Source: Malacoraja senta (taxonomy: Eukaryota). From it: a stretch of DNA of 64,000 bases. Of this stretch, positions 1 through 11,134 are shown one piece after another (the stretch's first letter is position 1; each line of letters begins with the position of its first letter). The stretch spans positions 496,001 to 560,000 of the forward strand of contig JAXLNO010000051.1 in NCBI GenBank assembly GCA_038087875.1, read 5' to 3'. The notes below the pieces were generated by a model. That model was not told where the DNA came from. It was given only the letters and a program-made list of their open reading frames with translations, and searched no databases. A program made the position numbers and the translations under genes.

Positions 1-3000
1 TCGTCGCTTTTTGCATGCTGAATTTTCGTCACTTTTCCCATGCTGAATGTTCGGCGCTTTTCAGGTTCTGAAATTTCGTCGCTTTTCGCGTGGTGAATTT
101 TCGTCACATTTCGCATGCTTAATTTTCAGCGCTTTTCACGTGCTGAATTGTTGTTTCTTTTCATGTCCTGAGGTTCGTCACTTTTCACCTGCTGAATTTT
201 TGTCGCTTTTCGCAACCTGACGGTTCGCACTTTGCGTGTGCCGAAATTTTGTTGATTTTCGTGTCCTGAAATTTTGTCTCTTCATGCATCCTGAAATTTG
301 TCCGTTTTTGCACCTTCAATATACTTCGCTTTTGGCATTTTGAATTTTTGTCGCCTTTCACGTTCTGAAGGTTGGTCAATTTTCGCATGCTGAATTTTCG
401 TCGCTTTTCACATGGTGAATTTTCGTCGCTTTTAATATGCTGAAATTTCGTCACTTTTCACGTCCTGAAATTTAGTCACTTTTGGCGTGCTGAAGGATCG
501 TCACTTTTCGTGTGCCGAACCTTTGACGCTTTTGTCCTGAAACTTTGTCGCTTCATGCATCCTGAAATTTTGTCGCTTTTCGCATGTTGAATTTATGTCG
601 CTTTTGGCATTTTGAATTTTTGTCACCTTTTGCGTCCTGACGGTTCCTCATTTTTCGCCAGCTGAATTTTTGTCGCTTGTAGTATGCTGACATTTCGTCG
701 CTTTTCATGTGCTGAATTTTCATCACTTTTCACGTTATGAAATTTGGTCACTTTTTGCATGCTGAAATTTTGTCGCTTTTCACGTCCTGGTTTGTCACTT
801 TTCATGTGCTGAATTATTGTCGCTTTTTATGTCCTGAAGGTTCGTCGCTTTTCACTTGCTGAATTTTCATCGCTTTTCACAGGCTGAATTTTCGTCGCTT
901 TTTGCGTGCTTTCGTTGCCTTTTCATGTCCTGAATTTTCGTTGCCTTTCACGTCGTGAAATTTCGTTGCTTTATGCGTCCTGATGTTTCATCGCTTTTCA
1001 CATCCTGAAATTTCATCACTTTATGCAACCTGATGTTTCGACACTTTTCGCATGCTGAATTTTCGTTGATTTTTGTGAGCTGAAATTTTTGCGCATTTCC
1101 TGTGCTGAAATTCGATCGCTTTTCATGTTCTGAAATGTTGTCGCTTGATGTGTCCTGAATTTTCATCACTTTTCGCGTGCTGAATTTTTCTCGCTTTTCA
1201 CGTCCTGAAGGTTTGTCACTTTTCATGTGCTGAATGGTTGTTGCTTTTCACGTCCTGAAGGTTCATCACTTTTCACTTGCTGAATTTTCATCGCTTTTCA
1301 CAGGCTGAATTTTTGTCGCTTTTCGTGTCCTGAAATTTCTTTGCCTTTCACGTCCTGAAATTTCGTCGCTTTCTGCATCCTGATGTTTCGCCGCTTTTCG
1401 CATGCTGAATTTTCGACGATTTTTGTGTGCTGAAATTTCGGAGCTTTTCGTGTGCTGAAATTTGATCGCTTTTCATGTTCTGAAATTTTGTCGCTTCTTG
1501 CATCCTGAATCTTTCTCCGGTTTTGCACCTTCAATTTACGTCGCTTTTGGCATTTTGAATTTTCGTTGCCTTTCGCATCCTGAAGGTTCGTCAATTTTCG
1601 CGTGCTGTATTTTTGTCGCTTTTCACATGGTGAATTTTCGTCGCTTTTACTATGCAGAAATTTCGTCGCTTTCCACGTCCTGAAATTTCATCACTATTCG
1701 TGTGCTGAATTTTCGTCGCTTTGTGTGCAGAAATTTCGGTGCTTTTCGTGTGCTGAAATTTTGTCGCCTTTCACGTCCGGAAATTTAGTCACTTTTCGCG
1801 TTCTGAATTTTCGACGCTTTTCGCATGTTGAATTTTCGTCACTTTTTGTGTGCTGAAATCTTGGCGCTTTTTTGTGTGCTGAAATTTCGTCGCTTTTCAC
1901 GTTCAGAAATTTCGTCACTTTTCGCGTGCTGAATTTACGTCGCTTTTCGCGTCCCGAAGGATCGTCACTTTTCACGTGCTGAATTGTTGTTGCTTTTCAT
2001 GTCCTGAAGGTTCGTCACTTTTCGCCTGCTGAATTTTCGTCGCTTTTCGCGACCTGAATGTTCATCACTTTGCATGTGCTGATATTTCGTCGCTTTTCAC
2101 GTCCTGAAATTTCGTCACTTTTCGCGTGCTGAATTTTCGTCGCTTTTCGCATGGTTATATTTCGTCGCTTTTCACGTCCTGAAATTTCGTCACTTGGCCT
2201 GCTGAATTTTAGTCGCTTTTCGCATCCTGAAGGTTAGTCACTTTTCACGTGCTGAATGTTCACTGCATTTTGCGTGCTGAAATTTCGTGACATTTTGCAT
2301 GCTGAATTTTCCTCGCTTTTCTTGTCCCCAAGGTTTGTCGCTTTCCACGTGCCGAATTATTGTCGCTCTTCATGTCCTGAAGGTTCGTCACCTTGCATGT
2401 GCTGAATTTTCGTCACTTTTCACATCCTGAAGGTTCGTCACTTTTCGTGTGCCGAAATTTTGTCGCTTTTCGTGTCCTGAAATTTTGTTGGCTCATGCAT
2501 CCTGAACTTTTGTCACTTTTCACAGCTTGAATTTACTTCGCGTTTGGCATTTGGAATTTTCATCGCCTTTCGCGTCCTGAAGGTTTGTCACCTTTCGCGT
2601 GCTGAATTTTCGCCGCTTTTCGCATGGTGAATTTTCATCGCTTTTAGTATGATTATTTGTCACTTTTCACGCCCTGGAATCTCGTCACTTTTCGTTTGCT
2701 GAATTTTCGTCACTTTCGCGTCCTGTAGGTTCGTCACTTTTCCCGTGGTGAATTGTTGTCGCTTTTCGTGTCCAGACGGTTCGTCACTTTTCACTTGCTG
2801 AATTTTCATCGCTTTACACAGGCTGAATTTTCGTCGCCTTTCGCGTGCTGAAATTTCGTCGCCCTTCATGTCCTGAAATTTCGTCGCCTTTCCCGTCCTG
2901 AAATTTCATTGCTTTATGCGTCCTGATGTTTCATCGCTTTTCGCTTCCTGAAATTTCGTCGCTTTTTGCGTCCTGATGTTTCGTCGCTTTTCGAATGCTG

Positions 3001-6000
3001 AGTTTTCGTTGATTTTTGTGTGGTGAAATATCGTCGCTTTTCGTATGCTGAAATTTCGTCTCTTTTCATGTTCTGAAATTTCGTCGCTTTATGCGCCCTG
3101 CAATTTCGTCGCTTTTCGCATGCTGAATTTTCGTCGCTTTTTGTGTGCTGAATTTTCGGCACTTTTCGTGTGCTGTTATTTTGTCGCTTTTCACATCCTG
3201 AAATTTAGTCACTTTTGGTGTGCTGAAATTTCGACGCTTTAGTCGTCCTGTAATTTCGTCGCTTTTTGCATGCTGAATTTTCGTCACTTTTCCCATGCTG
3301 AATTTTCGGCGCTTTTCAGGTTCTGAAATTTCGTCGCTTTTCGCGTGGTGAATTTTCGTCACATTTCGCATGCTTAATTTTCAGCGCTTTTCACGTGCTG
3401 AATTGTTGTTTCTTTTCATGTCCTGAGGTTCGTCACTTTTCACCTACTGAATTTTTGTCGCTTTTCGCAACCTGACGGTTCGCACTTTGCGTGTGCCGAA
3501 ATTTTGTGGATTTTCGTGTCCTGAAATTTTGTCTCTTCATGCATCCTGAAACTTTGTCCGTTTTTGCACCTTCAATATACTTCGCTTTTGGCATTTTGAA
3601 TTTTTGCCGCCTTTCACGTCATGAACGTTGGTCAATTTTCGCATGCTGAATTTTCGTCGCTTTTCACATGGTGAATTTTCGTCGCTTTTAGTATGCTGAA
3701 ATTTCGTCACTTTTCACGTCCTGAAATTTAGTCACTTTTGGCGTGCTGAAGGATCGTCACTTTTCGTGTGCCGAACCTTTGACGCTTTTGTCCTGAAACT
3801 TTGTCGCTTCATGCATCCTGAAATTTTGTCGCTTTTCGCATGTTGAATTTATGTCGCTTTTGGCATTTTGAATTTTTGTCACCTTTTGCGTCCTGACGGT
3901 TCCTCATTTTTCGCCAGCTGAATTTTTGTCGCTTGTAGTATGCTGACATTTCGTCGCTTTTCATGTGCTGAATTTTCGTCACTTTTCACGTTATGAAATT
4001 TCGTCACTTTTTGCATGCTGAAATTTTGTCGCTTTTCACGTCCTGAAGGTTTGTCACTTTTCACGTGCTGAATTATTGTCGCTTTTTATGTCCTGAAGGT
4101 TCGTCGCTTTTCACTTGCTGAATTTTCATCGCTTTTCACAGGATGAATTTTCATCGCTTTTTGCGTGCTTTCGTTGCCTTTTCATGTCCTGAATTTTCGT
4201 TGCCTTTCACGTCGTGAAATTTCGTTGCTTTATGCGTCCTGATGTTTCATCGCTTTTCACATCCTGAAATTTCATCACTTTATGCAACCTGATGTTTCGA
4301 CGCTTTTCGCATGCTGAATTTTCGTTGATTTTTGTGAGCTGAAATTTTTGCGCTTTTCCTGTGCTGAAATTCGATCGCTTTTCATGTTCTGAAATGTTGT
4401 CGCTTGATGTGTCCTGAATTTTCATCACTTTTCGCGTGCTGAATTTTTCTCGCTTTTCACGTCCTGAAGGTTTGTCACTTTTCATGTGCTGAATGGTTGT
4501 TGCTTTTCACGTCCTGAAGGTTCATCTCTTTTCACTTGCTGAATTTTCATTGCTTTTCACAGGCTGAATTTTCGTCGCTTTTCGTGTGCTGAAATTTCGT
4601 CACCTTTCATGTCCTGTAATTTCTTTGCCTTTCACGTCCTGAAATTTCGTCGCTTTCTGCGTCCTGATGTTTCGCCGCTTTTCGCATGCTGAATTTTCGA
4701 CGATTTTTGTGTGCTGAAATTTCGGCGCTTTTCGTGTGCTGAAATTTGATCGCTTTTCATGTTCTGAAATTTTGTCGCTTCATGCATCCTGAATCTTTCT
4801 CCGGTTTTGCACCTTCAATTTACGTCGCTTTTGGCATTTTGAATTTTCGTTGCCTTTCGCATCCTGAAGGTTCGTCAATTTTCGCGTGCTGTATTTTTGT
4901 CGCTTTTCACATGGTGAATTTTCGTCGCTTTTACTATGCAGAAATTTCGTCGCTTTCCACGTCCTGAAATTTCATCACTATTCGTGTGCTGAATTTTCGT
5001 CGCTTTGTGTGCAGAAATTTCGGTGCTTTTCGTGTGCTGAAATTTTGTCGCCTTTCACGTCCGGAAATTTCGTCACTTTTCGCGATCTGAATTTTCGACG
5101 CTTTTCGCATGTTGAATTTTCGTCACTTTTTGTGTGCTGAAATCTTGGCGCTTTTTTGTGTGCTGAAATTTCGTCGCTTTTCACGTTCAGAAATTTCGTC
5201 ACTTTTCGCGTGCTGAATTTACGTCGCTTTTCGCGTCCCGAAGGATCGTCACTTTTCACGTGCTGAATTGTTGTTCCTTTTCATGTCCTGAAGGTTCGTC
5301 ACTTTTCGCCTGCTGAATTTTCGTCGCTTTTCGCGACCTGAATGTTCATCACTTTGCATGTGCTGAAATTTTGTCACTTTTCGTGTCCTGAAATTTTGAC
5401 GCTTCATGCATCCTGAACTTTTGTCACTTTTCGCATCTTGAATTTACGTTGCTTTTGGTATTTTTAATTTTTGTCGCCTTTCGCGTCCTGAAGGCTCATC
5501 AATTTTCGTGTGCTGAATTTTTGTCGCTTTTTGCGTCCTGAAGGCTCGTCATTTTTCGTGTGCTGAATTTTCGTCACTTTTCGCATCCTGAAGGTTCGTC
5601 ACTTTTAATGTGGCGAAATTTTGTCGCCTTTCGTGTCCTGAAGTTTCGTCACTTTTCGCATGCTGAATTTTGTTGCTTTTCGTGTGCTTCATTTTCGTCG
5701 CTTTTTGTGTGCTTCATTTTCATCGCTTTTCGCATCCTGAAGGTTTGTCGCTTTTCGCATGCTGAATTTTCGTCATTTTTCTCATGCTGAATTTTCATCG
5801 CTTTTCGCGTGCTAAATTTTCGTTGTTTTTCCCGTTCTGAAATATCGTCACTATTCGCGTGGTTAATTTTCATCGCTTTTCACAGGCTGAATTTTCGTCG
5901 CTTTTCGCGTCGTGAAATTTCTTCGCTTTATGCGTCCTAATGTTTCATCGCATTTCGCGTCCTGAAATTTTGTCGCTTTTCGTGTTCTGAAATTTTCTCG

Positions 6001-7002
6001 CTTTTCGCATCCTGAATTTACATAGCTTTTGGCATTTCGAATTTTCGTCGTATTTTTGCGTCCTGAAGGTTCGTCTCTTTTCGCGAGCTGAATTTTCATT
6101 GCTTTTAGTATGCTGAAATTTCGTCGCTTTTCTCGTCCTGAAATGTCGTCACTTTTCGTGTCCTGAAGTTTCGGCACTTTTCACTTGCTGAATTTTCATC
6201 GCTTTTCACAGGCTGAATTTTCGTCACTTTCCACGTGCTGAAATTTCGTCGCCTTTCTTGTCCTGAAATTTCGTTGCCTTTCACATCCTGAAATTTCGTC
6301 GCTTTATGCGTCCTGATGTTTCATCGCTTTTCGCATCCTAAAATTTCGTCGCTTTATGCGTCCTGATGTTTCGTTGCTTTTCGCATGCTGAATTTTTGTC
6401 GATTTTTGTGTGCTAAAATTTTGGCGCTTTTCGTGTGCTGAAATTTCGTCGCTTTACATGTTCTGAAATTTCGTCACTTTATGCATCCTGTAATTTCGTC
6501 ACTTTTCGCATGCTGAATTTTAGTCGCTTTTTGTGTGCTGAAATTTCGGCGCTTTTTGTGTGCTGATATTTTGTCGCATTTCACACCGTTAAATTTAGAC
6601 ACTTTTGGCGTGCTAAATTTTCGTCGCTTTTCGCGTCCTGAAGGATCGTCGCTTTTCACATGCTGAATTGTTGTCGCTTTTCATGTCCTGAAGGTTTGTC
6701 ACTTTTCGGCTGCTGAAGTTTCATGGCTTTTCGCGTCCTGAAGGTTCGTCACTTTTCGCGACCTGAAATTTCATCGCTTTTAGTATGCTGAAATTTCATC
6801 GCTTTTCACGTTCTGAAATTTCGTCACTTTTCGTGTGCTGAGTTTTCGTCGCTTTTCGCATGCTGAATTTTCTTCGCATTTCACGTTCTGAAATTTCGTC
6901 CCTTTTTGCGTGCTGAATTTTTCTCGCTTTTCTTGTCCTGAAGGTCTGTCATTTTCCACGTGCTGAATTTTTGCCGCTTTTCATGTCCTGAAGGTTCGTC
7001 GC
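1..7002. repeat. Satellite DNA with a 25-bp monomer (approx. TGCTGAAWTTTCGTCRCTTTTCRCR, with TCCTG variants) and higher-order structure
   Basis: The TGCTG/TCCTG/TTCTG anchor recurs at 16, 41, 66 and onward. Block 1-~2080 is repeated almost verbatim at 3256-~5365. The array stops abruptly near 7002. Confidence 0.95.
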
Positions 7003-7024
7003 CTGGGTTAGATCGTTCCATTTC

Positions 7025-7320
7025 ACGTTCAAGTTACATTTGTTGTCACATACACCAATTGGTGCACTGAAATCTAAGTTACCATACAGCCACACAAATA
7101 AAATGAAATGAACACAACACTATAGAATTTACATGAGGTGTCTGGGAAACGGTTTCCCCTCTTCCCCCCCCCCATCCCCCACATAAAGAAAATACTAAAA
7201 TACCTCCCAAAAAGATACTTTTTGACATACTAAAAGTAACAAAAAGGGTGAAAGGATGGACAGCTGCTGGCGTGCCTGCCGCACTCGGTGGCGTCACCAC
7301 TCGGTCACTCCACGGGTTTA
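7025..7320 (-). mobile_element. Short remnant of a non-coding retroposon, related to the elements at 28018 and 43955
   Basis: The left end reads TTTGTTGTCAC on the + strand, like TTTATTGTCAT in the other two copies. The right end is a GC-rich head, GACGCC...GCACGCCAGCAGCTGTCC on the minus strand. Confidence 0.4.
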
Positions 7321-8254
7321 CTTTGACAATATATCTGAGGATATTGAACATTCCTGTTCCTTGATAACATAACTTATATTGGCTTCATCTTGAACACTCA
7401 CAGCCATGAATCCCTGGTGATCTCGTTCTCTGAAATCAATTCATTGAAATGCACTGTTAATTATCTCCATAATGCACTGTAGTTTTTTGTGGTAAGACCT
7501 CTATAACAACATATCCCAAACTTGTGGCCTCTACACCATAAAGATTGAGTGCAACGGGTGCATGGAAGCACAACATTCTCCACGTTTTGCTCCATATCAC
7601 ACAAGGGGCAATATGGAAAGAACAGGAAATGCCCGCTCTGCCTGTGATGCCCTCATTCTTTAGATCAATAAACAAATGTCTGAAAGAAAATGTTTAGAAT
7701 TAAATGTTGCTGTATCTGTTCCTGCCCTCATTTTTATGTGCACACACACTGGTCATTGGAAAATTGGAAAGCTCCCAAGACATAAACTCCTGCCTGAGAT
7801 ATTAATGCGTTGTGAATCAAGGTGTGTCAACCCGTAAGATTTGTATTGCCACTTTTGATGAAATGAGCACACCCAGCAGACTTGTGATTAGTCCCAGATT
7901 ATTGGCAGCAGGATATGTACGGTTTTGCTTCTAATTACTATTTCCTCCTGGTGAGGTTCTTTCCCACATTCAAAAATTCCCTTCAGTGATCTCAAATTGG
8001 TCTAACTTTACAACCAATACCATATCTTGATGTCATTCAGAAGATGGGGACCATGGATAGCACAAACCCATAGACATTGGGGCCCAGTTATGCTTTTTAA
8101 TGTTGCAACTAGTCACAGTCCGGAAATCTGAAATTGGACAAAGGTCAATGTTTCCATTGATGAAGAGGAGGATTGCCCTGTTTTTTCATTATTCAATCCA
8201 TTTACCCAACCATGGCACAAAGTGTCACTTTCAGTACAGGCAACAATAATGAGC

Positions 8255-10426
8255 CATTATTATCTAAATGGTGTCAAGTTGGGGAAAGGGGAAGTAGAAC
8301 AGGATCTCGGGGTTCTCAATGAAAGTAAGCATTCTGGAACAGCAAGCGGGGAAGAAAGCGAATGATATGTTGACCGTCCCTGGGAGCTGAACATCCATGG
8401 ATATTCAATATTCAGGAGGGATAGACAGAAAAGAAAAGGAGGTGGGGCAGCGTTGCTGGTTAGAGAGGAGATTAACGCAATGAAAAGGAAGGACATTAGC
8501 TTGGAGGATGTGGAATCGATATGGGTAGAGCTGCGAAACACTAAGGGGCAGAAAATGCTAGTGGGTGTTGTGTACAGGCCACCTAACAGTAGTAGTGGAG
8601 TTGGGGATGGCATCAAACAGGAAATTAGAAATGCGTGCAACAAAGGTAAAACAGTTATAATGGGTGACTTCAATCTACATATAGATTGGGTGAATCAAAT
8701 TGGCAGGGGTGCTGAGGAAGAGGATTTCTTGGAATGTATGCGGGATAGTTTTCTAAACCACTATGTAGAGGAACCAACGAGACAACAGGCTATTCTAGAC
8801 TGGGTATTGAGTAATGAGGAAGGGTTGGTTAGCAGTCTTGTTGTGCGTGGCCCCTTGTGCAAGAGTGACCTTAATATGGTTGAGTTTTTCATTAGGAAGG
8901 AGAGTGACATTGTTAATTCAGAAAGAAGGGTTCTGATCTTAAAGAAAAGTACATTTGAGGGTATGAAACGTGAATTGGCCAAGATTGACTGGCAATTGAT
9001 TCATAAAGGGTTGACGGTGGATATGCAATGGAAGGCATTTAAAGGCTGCATGGATGAACTACAACAATTGTTCATAATGGTTTGGCAAAAGAATAAATCA
9101 GGGAAGGTAGTGTCTCCGTGGATAACAAGGCAAATCAGGGATAGTATCAAAACAAAAGATGAAGCGTACGAATTAGCCTGAAAAATCAGCCTACCAGAGG
9201 ACTGGGAGAAATTCAGAGTCGAACAGAGGAGGACTAAGAGCTTAATTAGGAAAGGGAAAAAAGATTATGAAAGAAAACTGGCAGGGAACATAAAAACTGA
9301 CTGCAAAAGATTTTATAGATATGTGAAGAGAAAAAGATTATTTAAAACAAATATAGGTCCCTTGCAGTCAGAACAGGTGAATTGATCAAGGACATGGCAG
9401 ACCAATTGAATAACTACTTTGGTTCTGTCTTCACTAAGGAAGACTTAATTAATCTGCCGGATAAAGGCCGATAAATCCCCATGGCCAGATAGGCTGCATC
9501 CCAGAGTACTTAAGGAAGTAGCCCCAGAAATAGTGGATGCATTAGTGATAAGTTTTCAAAACTCTTTAGATTCTGGAGTAGTTCCTGAGGATTGGAGGGT
9601 AGCTAATGTAACCCCACTTTTTAAGGAGGGAGGGAGAGAGAAAACGGGGAATTACAGACCAGTTAGTCTAACATCGGTAGTGGGGAAACTGCTAGAGTCA
9701 GTTATTAAAGATGGGATAGCAGCACATTTGGAAAATGGTGAAATCATTGGACAAAGTCAGCATGGATTTATGAAAGGTAAATCATGTCTGATGAATCTGA
9801 TAGAATTTTTCCAGAATGTAACTAGTAGAGTGGATAACGAAGAACCAGTGGATGTGTTATATCTGGAATTTCAGAAGGCTTTCGACAAGGTCCCACATAA
9901 GAGATTAATATACAAACTTAAAGCACACGGTATTGGGGGTTCAGTATTGATGTGGATAGAGAACTAGCTGGCAGACAGGAAGCAAAGTGTAGCAGTAAAC
10001 GGGTCCTTTTCAGAATGGCAGGCAGTGACTAGTTGGGTACCGCAAGGCTCAGTGCTGGGATCCCAGCTATTTACAATATATATTAATGATTTGGACAAGG
10101 GAATTGAATGCAACATTTCCAAGTTTGCGGATGACACGAAGCTGGAGGACAGTGTTAGCTGTGAAGAGGGTGCTAGGAGGCTGCAAGATGACTTGGATAG
10201 GCTGGGTGAGTGGTCAAATGCATGGCAGATGCAATATAATGTGGATAAATGTGAGGTTATCCACTTTGGTGGCATAAACAGGAAAGTAGACTATTAACTG
10301 AATGGTGGCCGATTAGGAAAAGGGGAGATGCAACGAGACCTGGGTGTCATGGTACACCAGTCATTGAAAGTAGGCATGCAGGTGCAGCAGGCAGTGAAGA
10401 AATCGAATGGTATGTTAGCATTCATA
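8255..10426 (+). mobile_element. Degenerate CR1-clade LINE ORF2 (APE endonuclease plus reverse transcriptase), truncated at both ends
   Basis: ORF 8453-9181 has endonuclease motifs (VGVVYRPP, MGDFN, ILDWVL). ORFs 9533-10297 have RT motifs (NYRPVSLTS, FQKAFDKVPH, VPQGSVLG, KFADD). There are stops at 9179 and 9965 and frameshifts. A small separate CR1 fragment lies at 8255-8370. Confidence 0.93.
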
Positions 10427-10560
10427 GTGATCGGGGTGTTTGAAACTCCTGTGATCGGGGTGTTTGAAACTCACGTGACGCCGTTTTTTGGCGGGAGCCT
10501 CTCCCCCCCGCGCGACCAACGGTTTAAACCGCCGCTCGGACTCACGTGGGAGGCGGGGAT
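10427..10560. promoter_or_regulatory. CpG-rich promoter-like motif cluster (2x TTTGAA, E-box, E2F-like site)
   Basis: GTGATCGGGGTGTTTGAAACTC occurs twice (10427, 10451). TCACGTGA is at 10471, TTTTGGCGGGA at 10486 and CACGTG at 10543. No gene is attached. Confidence 0.45.
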
Positions 10561-10870
10561 CCGGCCAATGGGAGGCTGTTGCCAGGCAGATCTCGGGGCT
10601 CGGACCCGCAGGAGCCGGCCAATGGGAGGCTGTTGCCGGGCAGATCTCGGGGCTCGGACCCGCAGGAACCGGCCAATGGGAGGCTGTTGCCGGGAGATCT
10701 CGGTGCTCGGAACCGCAGGAACCGGCCAATGGGAGGCTGTTGCCGGGCAGATCTCGGGGCTCGGACCCGCAGGAACCGGCCAATGGGAGGCTGTTGCCGG
10801 GCAGATCTAGGGGCTCGGACCAACAGGAACCGGCCAATGGGAGGCTGTTGCCGGGCAGATTCCGGCAACA
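10561..10870 (+). repeat. 54-bp GC-rich minisatellite, about 6 copies, each with a CCAAT box
   Basis: CCGGCCAATGGGAGGCTGTTGCCGGGCAGATCTCGGGGCTCGGACCCGCAGGAA at 10561, 10615, 10669, ~10722, ~10777 and ~10830. Confidence 0.92.
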
Positions 10871-11134
10871 GGCTCCCTCAACAACCCTCAAAACCCCCTC
10901 ATAATTGCTCAAAATAACATTAAAACAGCTCAATCCGATCAAAACCGCCCAAAACTGCTCAAAAACTCTTAAATCTGGTCAAAAACACCATCAAAACTGC
11001 TAAAGAAAATCCAACAAAACTGCTCTAAAAACCCTTAAAACAGCTCAAAAATCGGCTCAAAAAACCCTTAAACCTGCTTAAAAAAACTATCAAAACGGCT
11101 CAAAACCCTCAAATGCTCAAATCCTCAAAACATA
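10871..11134. repeat. A/C-rich degenerate low-complexity repeat (AAAACCCTC-like), continuing at 13975-14560 after the L1 insertion
   Basis: Repeated CTCAAAA/AAAACC words on a G-poor strand. Confidence 0.8.

Noticed and set aside
185..6659. Many short K/R-rich or F-rich ORFs
   Set aside because: They are translations of the 25-bp satellite. The period is not a multiple of 3 and there is no gene structure.
1..7002. CENP-B box in the satellite
   Set aside because: Only the TTCG half matches. The downstream A...CGGG core is not seen.
10561..10870. CRISPR-like array, or coding repeat (ORFs 10328-10942)
   Set aside because: The units are contiguous with no unique spacers and the context is eukaryotic. 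The ORFs are open only because the repeat is GC-rich and 54 bp long.
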